Source: Lachnospiraceae bacterium
Lineage (GTDB): Bacteria; Bacillota; Clostridia; Lachnospirales; Lachnospiraceae
Assembly (NCBI GenBank): GCA_009774535.1
Contig: VSNY01000002.1
Location: 8,334-72,333 of the forward strand
Length of the DNA stretch: 64,000 nucleotides
Direction: 5' to 3'
The number at the start of each line of letters is the position of its first letter. Positions within the stretch are counted from its first letter, which is position 1. The notes below the pieces were generated by a model that was not told where the DNA came from, made no database searches, and was given only the letters and a program-made list of their open reading frames with translations. The translations under genes and the position numbers were made by a program. This document shows, one piece after another, positions 38,510 to 49,769 of this stretch.

Positions 38510-39508
38510 CTATTGTGCCGTGCCGCTGCTTAAATTTTTCTTTTGGAGCCGTATATCGTCACCAAAAAGTTTTATCATCGTATAACTGCTCACAATCCGG
38601 GAAAAAATTCTTTCCGAATAGATGGTGCTGAGTTGGTCGATTCCTAAATTTGTGGATATAATGGTCGCTTTTTTGCGAAGTATCCGTTCATTCAGGCATA
38701 AAAACAATTGTGAAACGGTAAACGTATTTGCCAGTTCTGTACCCAGATCGTCAACGATCAGAAGGTCGCAGTCAAACATATGCTGCATGGAGGCTTCAGC
38801 CTTGGAATCCTTCTGAAACTTGTTCTTTTCCAAAATGTCAAACAGCTGAAAAGCTGTAAAATAGATGACAGAATGTCCTGTGTCCAGCAGTTCCTTTGCA
38901 ATACAGTTCGATAAAAAGGTCTTGCCTGTTCCGGTATCTCCATATAAGAACAGGTTGTGAAATTCCTTGTCAAATTGGCGGATAAAAGCCAGTGATTCGA
39001 TCACTGCGTTTCGTGCGGTTTCCCGGTAGGTCAGCCCGGTCGCGCTGTTTTTCTTCGTGTCCGAATAATAATCAAGACAAAAGTGAGAAAAATTCTCTTC
39101 CTGAAGGATGCTGCGGATCTTGGACTGCGTATAGACCAGATCGATAGCGGCCTGCTCAAAACAGTGGCAGCGTCTGCCGTCCACAAATCCGGTGTCCTTG
39201 CAGTCCGGGCATAGATACGGCGGTTCAAAATAATGTTCATCCACGCCTGCCGAGACGAGGATCGCGGCACGTTCTTTGCGGTAACACGCCAGCTGCAAGC
39301 GCAGCTGTTCCAAGGCGCTGTCATCGCCGTCCAAAAGGTGCCTGGCATGATGGACGCTGGCCGAAGCGGTCAGCGCTTCCAGTTCTTTTAAGCGCGGATA
39401 TTTTGCGAAAATCTTTGCCCTGCGTTCCTGCAGGACGCGCTGGTTACGAAGCTGTCTGGCATCATACTGGCGCTGAAGCTCGTCGTATTGTAAATTTGAT
39501 AAAGACAT
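38510..39508 (-). CDS. DnaC/DnaI-like (IstB-type) AAA+ helicase loader
   Basis: CPDCKDTG Zn motif, Walker A GDTGTGKT, Walker B LLIVDDLG, ISTN. Confidence 0.88.
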   Translation of the reverse strand: MSLSNLQYDELQRQYDARQLRNQRVLQERRAKIFAKYPRLKELEALTASASVHHARHLLDGDDSALEQLRLQLACYRKERAAILVSAGVDEHYFEPPYLCPDCKDTGFVDGRRCHCFEQAAIDLVYTQSKIRSILQEENFSHFCLDYYSDTKKNSATGLTYRETARNAVIESLAFIRQFDKEFHNLFLYGDTGTGKTFLSNCIAKELLDTGHSVIYFTAFQLFDILEKNKFQKDSKAEASMQHMFDCDLLIVDDLGTELANTFTVSQLFLCLNERILRKKATIISTNLGIDQLSTIYSERIFSRIVSSYTMIKLFGDDIRLQKKNLSSGTAQ

Positions 39509-39520
39509 AATAATTCTCCG

Positions 39521-40795
39521 TTACCTGACATTTGACAATAATTCGCGTTCCAGTTCCTCGTAATTATAAGTCCGCTGTGAAAAGTTGGCGAAACCTCCTG
39601 CGACAGTTCCTTTTGCCGTACGCGCGCCCCCCGTCTTGGCGGCAGTAAATTTCCTGGCTTTTGCTTCCTGGTACTGCGCGTCCAGCAGATGAATATCATT
39701 TAATGTACGCACATTCTGATCTTTCCAGCTTTTCAGAATGGAATGCGCATAATCAAAGCTGACCTGATGGATGCAGAGGATCGTTTTCTGGCAGGCAAGG
39801 GAAATAATCTCGTCGGAAAATCCCCATTCTTTGGACCATTTCTGTACAAATTCCAATTCGCCGCCAGCCAGTGTCCGGTTGGAAATGCCGAACGCTTTGA
39901 GTACGGCCTGTACCGTGTGGTTATGGGAAAACGAAGCTTCTTTTGCGCCGCTTAACGTGTGGATGCCGGCTTCCGCCCAGGAAAGCGCGATTTTGTCCAT
40001 ATACCGGACACTCATATGGTTTTTGGCCACGCACTGTTCGATCAGGTATTCGATCAGGTCTTGGGAAAACTGCAGCTTATCCAGCCAGTACAGGATCATT
40101 TGGATCTCCGTATTATTTAACGTGCGACCCAGATACCGCTCGCTGACAAACAGCAATTCTTTGACAGTCTCGTCTTCATGAAAGCGCATCAGCTGGTTCC
40201 TGGAATATTCCGTTCGTTCCGGCAGACGCACTCTGCGTGCCTGCGTACAGCCTGCGGTCTGCGGCCGGTCTGTATATGGAAGCTGGCCGGCGGATTCTTC
40301 GTATGTAGTTTCATCTGTTCCATAAAAACTGCCTGTTTGCCTGCCGCTGCGGTCCGGAGGTTTTTCAACATCCGATCCGGCTGGCGCTGCGGCAGCTGCC
40401 GATCCAGCGCTGGCTGCATCAGATACTGGTCCGGCCGGCCGGCTGTGGTCTGCCGGGTCTGCGTCTCCCGCAGCAGTCTGCGGCGTCATCGTCCGGGAAG
40501 CCATGTCTGACATACAAATGCCGGTCAGCTCCTGCCTGCTGTTGAATTCCAGGCGCAGCAGATTCATTTTTTCCCAGTATTTTAAAGCTCTTGTCACATC
40601 TTTTTCCGTGTGTTCAAACTTGTCCGCGACATCCGATATGGAAAACAGGGTGTCCGGGCTGGCCATACAGCGTAAAAGATACAGATAGATTTTGACAAAT
40701 TCCCCGTCCGCGTGCGTCATATATTCATCGATAAATGTATTTGGTACATAAGTTGCAGCAAGCGTGCTGTTCCGTTTCAATAAAATATCAGCCAT
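39521..40795 (-). CDS. DnaD domain replication initiation protein
   Basis: VPNTFIDEYM, VKIYLYLL and two DnaD-like repeats (YMDKIALSW, YAHSILKSW). Confidence 0.88.
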   Translation of the reverse strand: MADILLKRNSTLAATYVPNTFIDEYMTHADGEFVKIYLYLLRCMASPDTLFSISDVADKFEHTEKDVTRALKYWEKMNLLRLEFNSRQELTGICMSDMASRTMTPQTAAGDADPADHSRPAGPVSDAASAGSAAAAAPAGSDVEKPPDRSGRQTGSFYGTDETTYEESAGQLPYTDRPQTAGCTQARRVRLPERTEYSRNQLMRFHEDETVKELLFVSERYLGRTLNNTEIQMILYWLDKLQFSQDLIEYLIEQCVAKNHMSVRYMDKIALSWAEAGIHTLSGAKEASFSHNHTVQAVLKAFGISNRTLAGGELEFVQKWSKEWGFSDEIISLACQKTILCIHQVSFDYAHSILKSWKDQNVRTLNDIHLLDAQYQEAKARKFTAAKTGGARTAKGTVAGGFANFSQRTYNYEELERELLSNVR

Positions 40796-40896
40796 ATGCA
40801 TCCCCTCTCTTATCTGCACAGATTATAGCACAGGATTTCCCAATTGAGAAGTACATTTTTTTCGCAAAGTCTGTGAAATCAAGGCATTGCGGCGAT

Positions 40897-41066
40897 TGTG
40901 GATAAAGTGGATAAGGTGGATAAGGATGAAGTTGCAATTATATTAATTCTCAAAACCGCCCAAAATGGAATCCTTTTGGAATTTGTCGAATTATGTAGAA
41001 TAAACACAAAAAATCCACATTGAAGCGGCCATCTTTTGCACAATTCAATGTGGATAATGTGGATAA
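40897..41066. promoter_or_regulatory. DnaA-box cluster
   Basis: TGTGGATAA (= TTATCCACA) at 40897, 41049 and 41058; 8/9 copies at 40906 and 40915. Confidence 0.8.
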
Positions 41067-42509
41067 CTAGTGGTTAATCAGGTTTTCACCTACTTTTAGG
41101 ATATCTCCGGCCCCCATAGTTATCAACAGGTCACCGTTCATTAAATTTTTTAATAAAAATTTTTCGATTTCGTCAAATGTTGGAAAATAGCGGCAGTCAG
41201 CGCCGCATTTCTCCAGCTCTGCCAGCAGATCCAGGGAACTGATCCCAAGTGTGTCTGTTTCCCGTGCCGCATAAATCTCTGCCAGTACAACAAGGTCCGC
41301 AGCGGAAAGAGAATCGGCAAATTCCTTGAGAAACGCTTTGGTACGTGTATAAGTATGCGGCTGGAATACGCAGATGATGCGGTTATGTGGATAACCGGCG
41401 GCGGCGCTTAAAGTAGCGCGGATTTCCGTCGGATGGTGTGCATAATCATCGATCACCGTGGCCTGCCCGCACATGCCCTTATACTGAAAACGGCGGTCGG
41501 TTCCATGGAATTCATGCAGCCCTTCGCAGATGGACGCAGCCGGAATGCCCATCTGCACCGCAAGCGCAGCCGCGGCCAGCGCGTTGCTGATATTGTGGCG
41601 GCCCGGAACACACAGGCGGATATCACAGATCTTTTCCACTTCCGTCCAGGCAGAGAAGGAGACAGTATTTGTACCCTGCGTGTCCAAAGCGGTCTGCTTT
41701 TTCCGGTGCATCAGGGAAAAATGTGCGCAGCCGGACTCGTGGAAGGTGATGTCCTGCGGGTAAAAATCACAGGAAGGATCAAATCCATACGTAATAATAT
41801 CCCTGGAAAGTCCTTCCAGCAGCTGGTCCAGTCCTTTGATCTCACGGTTGACAATTACCGCTCCGTCTGACGCTGTGTTTTGCGCAAAAAGGCGGAAAGA
41901 ATGCCTGATATCGTCTAAATCTTTGAAAAAGTCCATATGATCTTCCTCGATATTCAGAATCATACTGTATTTTGGATAAAAATGCAAAAAACTATTTGTG
42001 TACTCACAGGCTTCCGTGACGAAACAGGAAGAATGGCCGACACGGATATTTCCTCCAATGGAAGGAAGAATACCTCCTACAGAAATCGTAGGGTCTGCAT
42101 CGGCTGCGAGCAGGATCTGAGTGACCATAGAAGTCGTCGTTGTCTTGCCATGCGTGCCGGCGACAGCAACAGACTGTTCATAATTGTTCATCATCTGACC
42201 TAACAGTTCGGCGCGGCTTAACAGCGGGATCTGCTGTCTGACTGCTTCCTGGTATTCCGGGTTGTCTTCATGCACGGCGGCTGTATAGACGACAACATCC
42301 GTTCCAGGCAGGATATGTTCCGCGCTCTGGCCGTAAAAGACAGTGGCGCCCGACTGCTCCAGTTTTTTGGTAAGGGAGGATTCCTTCATATCGGAACCTG
42401 TAATCGTAAATCGTTCTTCTAAAAGAACTTCTGCAAGCCCGCTCATGCTGATTCCGCCGATTCCGATAAAGTGGACATGGGCTGGCTTATGAAACTGAAT
42501 CTGATACAT
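41067..42509 (-). CDS. murC: UDP-N-acetylmuramate--L-alanine ligase
   Basis: GIGGISMSGLA, GTHGKTTT, DDYAHHPTEI, FQPHTYTRT, MGAGD. Confidence 0.96.
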   Translation of the reverse strand: MYQIQFHKPAHVHFIGIGGISMSGLAEVLLEERFTITGSDMKESSLTKKLEQSGATVFYGQSAEHILPGTDVVVYTAAVHEDNPEYQEAVRQQIPLLSRAELLGQMMNNYEQSVAVAGTHGKTTTTSMVTQILLAADADPTISVGGILPSIGGNIRVGHSSCFVTEACEYTNSFLHFYPKYSMILNIEEDHMDFFKDLDDIRHSFRLFAQNTASDGAVIVNREIKGLDQLLEGLSRDIITYGFDPSCDFYPQDITFHESGCAHFSLMHRKKQTALDTQGTNTVSFSAWTEVEKICDIRLCVPGRHNISNALAAAALAVQMGIPAASICEGLHEFHGTDRRFQYKGMCGQATVIDDYAHHPTEIRATLSAAAGYPHNRIICVFQPHTYTRTKAFLKEFADSLSAADLVVLAEIYAARETDTLGISSLDLLAELEKCGADCRYFPTFDEIEKFLLKNLMNGDLLITMGAGDILKVGENLINH

Positions 42510-42770
42510 TTGTTAACACCTGCACAATCTATATAGTATTTTAGGAACCAATGGGGTCTATGTCTATTATAAACCTATTTGCGTGTTTTGCAATTTATTT
42601 CTGTTTTTATTTACGAGTTTTCATTTGTTAATTGCACAACAATCTTGTAAAATTCTACAAAAACAGCCATAGAATGGACAAAAAGATGTGAAAAATGTTG
42701 TACATTTCCGACGGGATATGTTATACTGTATCTATCACAAACTGAATAATTTAGATGAGAGGTGAGCCAG

Positions 42771-44045
42771 GTGGTTTGTAAAGAAATGATTGCCATGCTG
42801 CTGGCCGGCGGGCAGGGGAGTCGTCTGGGAGTGCTGACTTCCGCGGTGGCAAAGCCGGCGGTTGCATTTGGCGGAAAATACCGTATTATTGATTTCCCGC
42901 TCAGCAACTGTATCAATTCAGGCATTGATACAGTGGGTGTCCTGACACAATACCAGCCGCTGCGGCTGAATACACATATCGGCATCGGCATTCCGTGGGA
43001 TCTTGACCGGAATAACGGCGGAGTTACCGTATTGCCGCCTTATGAAAGAAGCGACAACAGTGAATGGTATACTGGCACTGCAAATGCCATTTTCCAAAAC
43101 CTGAACTACATGGAAAATTACCATCCGGAATATGTAATTATCTTATCCGGAGACCATATCTATAAGATGGACTACGAAGAGATGCTTGACTTTCATAAGG
43201 CCAACCACGCAGATGTGACGATTGCGGCGATGCCGGTTCCGATGGAAGAAGCGAACCGGTTTGGCATTGTGATTACAGACGACGAAAAAAGAATACAGGA
43301 ATTTGAGGAAAAACCGGAACATCCAAGGAGCAATATGGCGTCCATGGGCATTTATATTTTTAGCTGGAAAGTGCTCAAAGATGCGCTGGTAGAGTTAAAA
43401 GAGCAAAGGAACTGTGATTTTGGCAAGCATATTATTCCGCACCTGCATGAACAGGGGTTCCGAATGTTTGCCTATGAGTATAACGGCTACTGGAAAGATG
43501 TCGGGACGCTCGGTTCGTATTGGGAAGCGAATATGGAACTGATTGATTTGATTCCGGAATTTAATTTATACGAGAAGTATTGGAAAATTTATACAAAATG
43601 TGATATTATTGAACCACAGTACATTGCACCGGAAGCAATTGTGGAAAAAAGCCTGATTGGAGAAGGCAGCGAGATCTACGGACAGGTATACAGTTCAGTT
43701 GTCGGAGCCGGCGTTACGATCGGCCGTGGTTCTGTGGTACGCAATTCCATTCTGATGAAAGGGGTTGTCATCGGTGAAAATGTAACCGTTGATAAAGGCA
43801 TTATAGCAGAGAATACGAGAATTGGCGACCGCACGCAGGTGGGAGTCGGAGAATATGCGCCAAGCACCTATAATCCAAAAGTGTACGCGTTTGATCTGGT
43901 TACGGTCGGTGAAGATTCCGTGATTCCGGCAGATGTCAGAATTGGGCGCAATACGGCGATTTCAGGGATTACAACACCGCTGGATTATCCGGACGGACAG
44001 CTTGCAGGCGGAGATTCAATCATAAAGGAAGGTGAACCGGCATGA
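42771..44045 (+). CDS. glgC: Glucose-1-phosphate adenylyltransferase
   Basis: [36 protein letters not shown]. Confidence 0.96.
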   Translation: MVCKEMIAMLLAGGQGSRLGVLTSAVAKPAVAFGGKYRIIDFPLSNCINSGIDTVGVLTQYQPLRLNTHIGIGIPWDLDRNNGGVTVLPPYERSDNSEWYTGTANAIFQNLNYMENYHPEYVIILSGDHIYKMDYEEMLDFHKANHADVTIAAMPVPMEEANRFGIVITDDEKRIQEFEEKPEHPRSNMASMGIYIFSWKVLKDALVELKEQRNCDFGKHIIPHLHEQGFRMFAYEYNGYWKDVGTLGSYWEANMELIDLIPEFNLYEKYWKIYTKCDIIEPQYIAPEAIVEKSLIGEGSEIYGQVYSSVVGAGVTIGRGSVVRNSILMKGVVIGENVTVDKGIIAENTRIGDRTQVGVGEYAPSTYNPKVYAFDLVTVGEDSVIPADVRIGRNTAISGITTPLDYPDGQLAGGDSIIKEGEPA

Positions 44046-45163
44046 AAGCATTAGGGTTGATCCTGGCAGGCGGCAACAATAACCGTATGCAGGAATTATC
44101 AAAGAAAAGGGCGATCGCGGCTATGCCGGTAGGAGGCAGTTTCCGCTGCATTGATTTTGCGCTGAGTAATATGACCAATTCCCAGATCCAGACGGTTGCA
44201 GTGCTGACACAGTATAATGCGCGTTCCTTAAATGAACATTTAAGTTCGTCAAAATGGTGGGATTTTGGGAGGAAACAGGGAGGATTGTATGTATTTACAC
44301 CAACTGTGACTTCCGACAACAGCTGGTGGTACCGCGGAACCGCAGACGCTATGTATCAGAATATCGGTTTTTTAAAACGCTGCCATGAGCCATATGTCAT
44401 TATTACAAGCGGCGACTGTGTATATAAAATAGATTATAATAAAATCCTGGATTATCATATTGAAAAAAAGGCTGATATTACGATTGTTGTCAAAGATATG
44501 GACAAGTCAGCGGACGTCAGCAGATATGGCGTATTAAAGATGAACGAGGATTCCAGGATTGTGGAATTTGAAGAAAAACCAATGGTTGCCCAGTCCAACA
44601 CGATTTCCACTGGCATTTACATTATACGCAGAAGACAGCTGATCGACCTGCTGGAACATTGCGCGCAGGAAAGCCGGAGTGACTTTGTCACTGATATCCT
44701 GATCCGCTACAAGAACTTAAAACGCATGTACGGTTATAAGCTGGAAGGCTACTGGAGCAATATTTCTACCGTAGATGCCTATTACCATACAAATATGGAC
44801 TTTTTAAAACCGGAAGTACGCAAGTTCTTTTTTAGAGATTATCCGCACGTATATTCTAAGGTGGATGACCTTCCGCCGGCTAAATATAACGTAGGATCAG
44901 ACGTACACAACAGTTTGATCTCGAGCGGCTGTATTATTAACAGTAAAGTGGAAAATTCGGTTCTGTTTAAAGAAGTGTTTGTTGGAAAGAACTGTGTAAT
45001 CAAAAATTCCATTATATTAAATGAAGTTTACATTGGTGACAATACTCATATTGAAAATTGTGTCGTAGAGAGTCGGGGGACCTTAAAAGCGAATACTTAT
45101 TACTGTGGTGACAACGGGATCAAAGTAGTCGTGGAAGACAACAATGACCGGTATGGGTTATAA
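44042..45163 (+). CDS. glgD: Glucose-1-phosphate adenylyltransferase subunit GlgD
   Basis: GlgC paralogue with degenerate motifs, translationally coupled to glgC. Confidence 0.92.
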   Translation: MKALGLILAGGNNNRMQELSKKRAIAAMPVGGSFRCIDFALSNMTNSQIQTVAVLTQYNARSLNEHLSSSKWWDFGRKQGGLYVFTPTVTSDNSWWYRGTADAMYQNIGFLKRCHEPYVIITSGDCVYKIDYNKILDYHIEKKADITIVVKDMDKSADVSRYGVLKMNEDSRIVEFEEKPMVAQSNTISTGIYIIRRRQLIDLLEHCAQESRSDFVTDILIRYKNLKRMYGYKLEGYWSNISTVDAYYHTNMDFLKPEVRKFFFRDYPHVYSKVDDLPPAKYNVGSDVHNSLISSGCIINSKVENSVLFKEVFVGKNCVIKNSIILNEVYIGDNTHIENCVVESRGTLKANTYYCGDNGIKVVVEDNNDRYGL

Positions 45164-45281
45164 TAAATAAAAGCTGCAGCTTTATGGCTGCGGCTTATCA
45201 GTCACAAGACCAAGGAGGAGGTATAAAGCTATACTAAGTAAAGGAGAGGTGTTTTATAGGAAATGAAGAAAGGGGCGAAAG

Positions 45282-45557
45282 ATGATGCGAATAACAGATG
45301 TCCGAGTCCGAAAAGTTGAAAAAGAAGGAAAGATGAAAGCAGTGGTATCGATTACAATAGATGATGAATTTGTTGTACACGATATCAAAGTAATTGAAGG
45401 GGTTAAGGGGTTGTTCATCGCAATGCCAAGCAGAAGGGCAGCAGATGGAGAATTCCGTGATATTGCGCATCCGATTAATTCTGAGACAAGGGACCAGATT
45501 CAGAACATCATTCTGGATGAATATCAAAAACAAATGACAGCAGAAGAAGAGACGTGA
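45282..45557 (+). CDS. spoVG: Septation regulator / nucleic-acid-binding protein SpoVG
   Basis: [34 protein letters not shown]. Confidence 0.96.
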   Translation: MMRITDVRVRKVEKEGKMKAVVSITIDDEFVVHDIKVIEGVKGLFIAMPSRRAADGEFRDIAHPINSETRDQIQNIILDEYQKQMTAEEET

Positions 45558-45666
45558 ATGACGATTGAAACAGAATAGAAATGGAAAGGGCAGCGTATTT
45601 GCCCGGAAGAGACTGCAGCAGGCTGAGTGTTTGGTGAAAACAATTGCCTGCTGCGGTTTTTTGTTG

Positions 45667-45870
45667 GGAAGGCAGTGTGGCAAAGCGGATGTGTGTGGGA
45701 GCGGAAGGCGGTGTGGCAAAGCGGACGTGTCCGTGCCAGCGGAACGGGCGGGCAGCCCGGCGGCATAGGATTGAGCGGACTGGGGCAACGCTGCGGTGAA
45801 CTAATCGCCCAGAGTGGATCTCCAGGCCAAGTCCCGGCCCACCGCCCGCAGAGTCTTCCGAGAAGCCAGC
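45667..45870. repeat. GC-rich intergenic repeat family, copy D, with a 36-bp-period duplication
   Basis: GGAAGGCRGTGTGGCAAAGCGGAYGTGT twice (45667, 45703); then an inverted copy of C/B and a direct copy of A. Confidence 0.75.
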
Positions 45871-45911
45871 AAAAAATGTTTACTGGATGATTTGATAAAA
45901 AAATTAAAATA

Positions 45912-45958
45912 AACAGTATAAAACAGTTGACAACAGATCTGTACTGTTATATACTGTT
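45912..45958 (+). promoter_or_regulatory. sigmaA promoter with a flanking inverted-repeat operator (probable GntR/YtrA autoregulation)
   Basis: TTGACA-17-TATACT; AACAGTATAAAACAGT / ACTGTTATATACTGTT. Confidence 0.75.
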
Positions 45959-45978
45959 TACAAGAGAGGAGGACACGA

Positions 45979-46353
45979 ATGAATTTAATTATCAATAATT
46001 CTTCCATGCAGCCAATCTATGAACAAATCATTTCGCAGATCAAGGCTAAGATTATGCATGGAGAATTAAAGGAAGAAGTTATGCTTCCGTCCGTCCGATC
46101 CTTAGCAAAGGAATTGAAAGTCAGCGCACTGACTGTCAAAAAATCATATGATGCTTTGGAGCAGGAAGGGTTTATCGTTACTGTTCATGGAAAAGGCAGC
46201 TTTGTGACGCTGGCGAATCAGGCGTTGATGTTGGAAGAGAAAAAGAAAGAAGTGGAGGCGGATCTGGAGATGGTGATCCGTAAGGGACGAAGCTGTGGGA
46301 TGAGTAACCAGGAACTTACAGAATTATTTGAAATTGTGCTGGAGGATGAATAA
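45979..46353 (+). CDS. GntR family (YtrA subfamily) regulator
   Basis: PIYEQI, LPSVRSLA, GKGSFV; 124 aa; precedes ABC genes. Confidence 0.92.
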   Translation: MNLIINNSSMQPIYEQIISQIKAKIMHGELKEEVMLPSVRSLAKELKVSALTVKKSYDALEQEGFIVTVHGKGSFVTLANQALMLEEKKKEVEADLEMVIRKGRSCGMSNQELTELFEIVLEDE

Positions 46354-47202
46354 ATGTTAAAACTGGAAAAGGCTGTGAAACGTTATAAGGATTTTCAATT
46401 GGAATGTACGCTGCAGGTACAGGAAGGATGTGTGACCGGACTGATCGGGCAGAATGGAGCCGGGAAAAGTACGACCTTTAAGCTGATTTTGGGGCTGGCA
46501 TATCCGGATAGCGGAATCGTGAAAGTCTTTGGACACCCGGTCGGGGAGCTTAGCGTCAGGGAAAAAGAAGATATCGGTGTCGTACTGGCAGATTCTGGTT
46601 TCAGCGCGTATCTGACAATTCAGGATTTGGTTTCGGTGCTTGCCAGTATGTACCAGAAGTTTGAAAGAGATGAATTTGTAAAAAAATGCAGGCAGTTTGA
46701 TTTGCCGATGGATCGAAAGATCAAAGAATTTTCAACAGGGATGAAACGCAAGCTTCAAGTGCTGACTGCGATTTCTCATCAGGCAAAACTGCTGATTCTG
46801 GATGAGCCGACAGCCGGGCTGGATGTGATCGCGAGGGATGAACTGCTGGAGCTGCTGCGGGACTATATGGAGCAGCCCGGACGTGCGGTTTTGATCAGTT
46901 CTCATATATCCGGGGATTTGGAAGGATTTTGTGATGATATTTATATGATTCATCAGGGGAAGATCATCCTGCATGAAGAAACGGATGTGCTGCTGGGAGA
47001 TTATGCATTGCTGAAGATGACGCAGGAGCAGTACCAGAATCTTGATAAAAAATATATTCTGCGTCAGAAAAGGGAGCCGTTCGGGTTTAGCTGCCTGACC
47101 AGGCAGAAGCGGTTTTATGTGGAGAATTATCCGCAGATTACAGTGGAAAAAGGAAGTATTGATGAATTGATTACGATGATGATACGGGGGGAAGGAATAT
47201 GA
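46354..47202 (+). CDS. ABC transporter ATP-binding protein
   Basis: GQNGAGKST, FSTGM, LILDEPT, SSH. Confidence 0.95.
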   Translation: MLKLEKAVKRYKDFQLECTLQVQEGCVTGLIGQNGAGKSTTFKLILGLAYPDSGIVKVFGHPVGELSVREKEDIGVVLADSGFSAYLTIQDLVSVLASMYQKFERDEFVKKCRQFDLPMDRKIKEFSTGMKRKLQVLTAISHQAKLLILDEPTAGLDVIARDELLELLRDYMEQPGRAVLISSHISGDLEGFCDDIYMIHQGKIILHEETDVLLGDYALLKMTQEQYQNLDKKYILRQKREPFGFSCLTRQKRFYVENYPQITVEKGSIDELITMMIRGEGI

Positions 47203-47855
47203 AAGGATTATTAATGAAAGATCTGAAACTGTTAAAAAACCAGAAATCTTTTTTGATGATTGTTGCGGTAATGTGTTTGGTGCTTTTGTTCCGTGGACAG
47301 TCTCCGGTGTTTGTAATGTCTTATATGTCTGTGATGGTTACGATTCTTACGACGACTACGGTTTCTTATGATGAAATGGACAATGGAATGAATTTTATTT
47401 TTACATTTCCAATTAGCAGAAGGCATTATGTGCTGGAAAAATATTTGTTTGGTGTGCTGATGATGACGGGGGTGATTGTGGCAGGGAGCGCTGTGAGTAT
47501 GGCAGTTCTCGCAACGCAGTCAGTAACCTATGACACGCAGGAATGTATAGTAGGGATCTTCGGCGCGCTGCTGTCATCGGTGCTGTTTTTAGCTATGATG
47601 CTTCCGGTTCAGTTAAAGTTCGGTTCAGAGAAAACCAGAATCGCAATGTTAATACTGGTCGGCGGAGTGGTTCTTGCCGCTTATGCAATCAGGCAGTTGG
47701 CCAGGTTATTTTCACTGGATTTTTCATGGCTGATGATACGTATCCAGCAGGCAGGGATGGTGGAGCTGATCCTTTGCGCTCTGGCTGCAGCGGTTGTGAT
47801 TTTGGGGATCTCTTATCTGATCTCAGCGGCGGTAATGATGAAAAAGCAGTTCTGA
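47199..47855 (+). CDS. ABC-2 transporter permease
   Basis: MKGLLMKD, PISRRHYVLEKY, six TM segments. Confidence 0.88.
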   Translation: MKGLLMKDLKLLKNQKSFLMIVAVMCLVLLFRGQSPVFVMSYMSVMVTILTTTTVSYDEMDNGMNFIFTFPISRRHYVLEKYLFGVLMMTGVIVAGSAVSMAVLATQSVTYDTQECIVGIFGALLSSVLFLAMMLPVQLKFGSEKTRIAMLILVGGVVLAAYAIRQLARLFSLDFSWLMIRIQQAGMVELILCALAAAVVILGISYLISAAVMMKKQF

Positions 47856-47890
47856 AATTTATGCTCTGGTGATAATAAAAATATAGTTTT

Positions 47891-47928
47891 AAAACACCTC
47901 TTATAAAAAATAATAAGAGGTGTTTTTG
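47891..47928 (+). terminator. Terminator
   Basis: AAAACACCTCTTAT...ATAAGAGGTGTTTTT. Confidence 0.8.
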
Positions 47929-48167
47929 TTATTATATTATAATTATATTAATTTGATCTTCTGCTGTTCTGGTTTGGATTGAGATGTGCATACAGGTCAC
48001 TGGCTAAGGCTGGTTTTATGGATGGCATAGCTTTTGGGGATAGAGGTTTAAATCTTCACAGGTTCCTGATTCCCGCCCTTGCACTCTGATCCAGGATCGG
48101 CTATAATCAATTTTATACATTCCCCAAAACTCTCAAAAAAACTTCTAACGAAAGAAAGGACTTTGTT

Positions 48168-49487
48168 ATGAGCCAATTACAATTTAGTGAGGCCGTAGAA
48201 CGCATTACTCATTTTACGCCTGCTTTCCCGCAGGAAGAATTTGACGTGATTCGTCACAACTACGACAAAGCAAAACCATTATTCTATGAAGCTCTTGCCT
48301 ATGCATATTCCAACCCGGAAGATGTGCCTGAGCAATATCAGCTGCATTTTTACGCGCTGTTGTTTTTTGGAGAGTTTCAGGAAAAAGATGCTTTTGAAAA
48401 AATCATGGAATTTTTAACGTTACCTTCTGATATGCTCGACCTGCTGCTTGGAGATTATTTGACAGATGGTTTACAGGACGTAATTTATAATACATATAAT
48501 GGAAATCTTAAGCTGCTAAAAAACATGATTCTAAACCACGATATATGTGTCTATGCCCGCAACGATATGCTTGCTGTGATGGGGCAGTTATATTTTGACG
48601 GTGTGCTGGCAAAAGAAGAATGGATCAATTTTTTAAGAGAAATGATCAAAGAGCAGGCTGATCAGCATATGGATGAAATAGGTACCTGGATATCCGGTAT
48701 TATCTGCAAATGTCATCTTGCGGAATTGCTTCCGGATGTCCGCATGCTTTATGAGAATGACTGCGTTGATTTATGTGTGTACGGGGAGTTTGACAGATAT
48801 GTGGATGATCTGTTTCGATATAGTGGAGGCAATGAACAGAATGATATCTGTAAATCTCCTGTGTCAGCTGACCAGATCAAAACCTGGGTGATGTTTGAGC
48901 AGCAGCCGAAAAAACCGTCAAAAGCAGATTTACAAAAACGGCATAAGGAATTTTCCAAAGCTGCCGCGGTTCCAAAGCCGGCAAAGAAAGTAAAAATCGG
49001 CCGGAATGACCCATGCCCTTGCGGCAGCGGAAAGAAATATAAGTTGTGCTGCATGAATAAGCCAAAGGAAGAAAAAATACTGTCAGAGAGCGAAGAGCAG
49101 CGGAAAATCTGGCTGCGCGATTATCCTCCGGTTGGAGAGGAACGGCTGGACGGACGGGTATATTTGGAAGATTATTATGATCAGGAAAGCATTGAGACGG
49201 ATCAGCTGATTTATCTGGCGCTGAAGCGTTTTCCGATTTCGATCTATCATAATGCTGTTTCAGCTGAAGATTTAAATACGATTAGAAAACAGGAATACTT
49301 GCTGGATGCATTTTCCAGATTTAAAAACCGGATGGAAACAGAACAAATTCCGGCAGTTGCAGATTACGACCGGAAATATTCGATTCATTATATGTGTCGG
49401 GAGTGGATGGCAGAACTTGCGGATTTGTTAGAAGGAAGCGAATATGACCAAATCAGGAATGAGGTTCTAACATATTGTCAATCTTAA
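48168..49487 (+). CDS. DUF1186-like protein with an internal SEC-C metal-binding motif
   Basis: [20 protein letters not shown]; upstream promoter TTGCAC-17-TATAAT. Confidence 0.75.
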   Translation: MSQLQFSEAVERITHFTPAFPQEEFDVIRHNYDKAKPLFYEALAYAYSNPEDVPEQYQLHFYALLFFGEFQEKDAFEKIMEFLTLPSDMLDLLLGDYLTDGLQDVIYNTYNGNLKLLKNMILNHDICVYARNDMLAVMGQLYFDGVLAKEEWINFLREMIKEQADQHMDEIGTWISGIICKCHLAELLPDVRMLYENDCVDLCVYGEFDRYVDDLFRYSGGNEQNDICKSPVSADQIKTWVMFEQQPKKPSKADLQKRHKEFSKAAAVPKPAKKVKIGRNDPCPCGSGKKYKLCCMNKPKEEKILSESEEQRKIWLRDYPPVGEERLDGRVYLEDYYDQESIETDQLIYLALKRFPISIYHNAVSAEDLNTIRKQEYLLDAFSRFKNRMETEQIPAVADYDRKYSIHYMCREWMAELADLLEGSEYDQIRNEVLTYCQS

Positions 49488-49769
49488 AAATCCAATTTTC
49501 CAAAGCAGGCTGGGACTTTCCAAAGCCTGTTAAAAGATTCCGCAGGGCATTCTTTTATGGGGAATGCCAGTTACGAAATGCGCCTGATGCGGATACGAGT
49601 AAAATGAAGGCATGATTGTTTTCGCCTGTGTATTTTATTATTTGCGATTTCTTTTTTACGATAGATTATATTTTTATACATGTAATGGAGCATGAAAACG
49701 GATGATCGTTTCCGTCTTCTGCTCCTGCAGTCTTTTGTCTCCGTTGCTTGCGCGGTGCCAGCGTAAAGG

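Noticed and set aside
38510..39508. IstB-like ATPase as part of an IS21 element or prophage
   Set aside because: No IstA or phage genes; it sits in a housekeeping dnaD-dnaC-prs context.
40897..41066. Chromosomal origin oriC
   Set aside because: No dnaA/dnaN nearby, no clear unwinding element, and no switch in predominant gene orientation.
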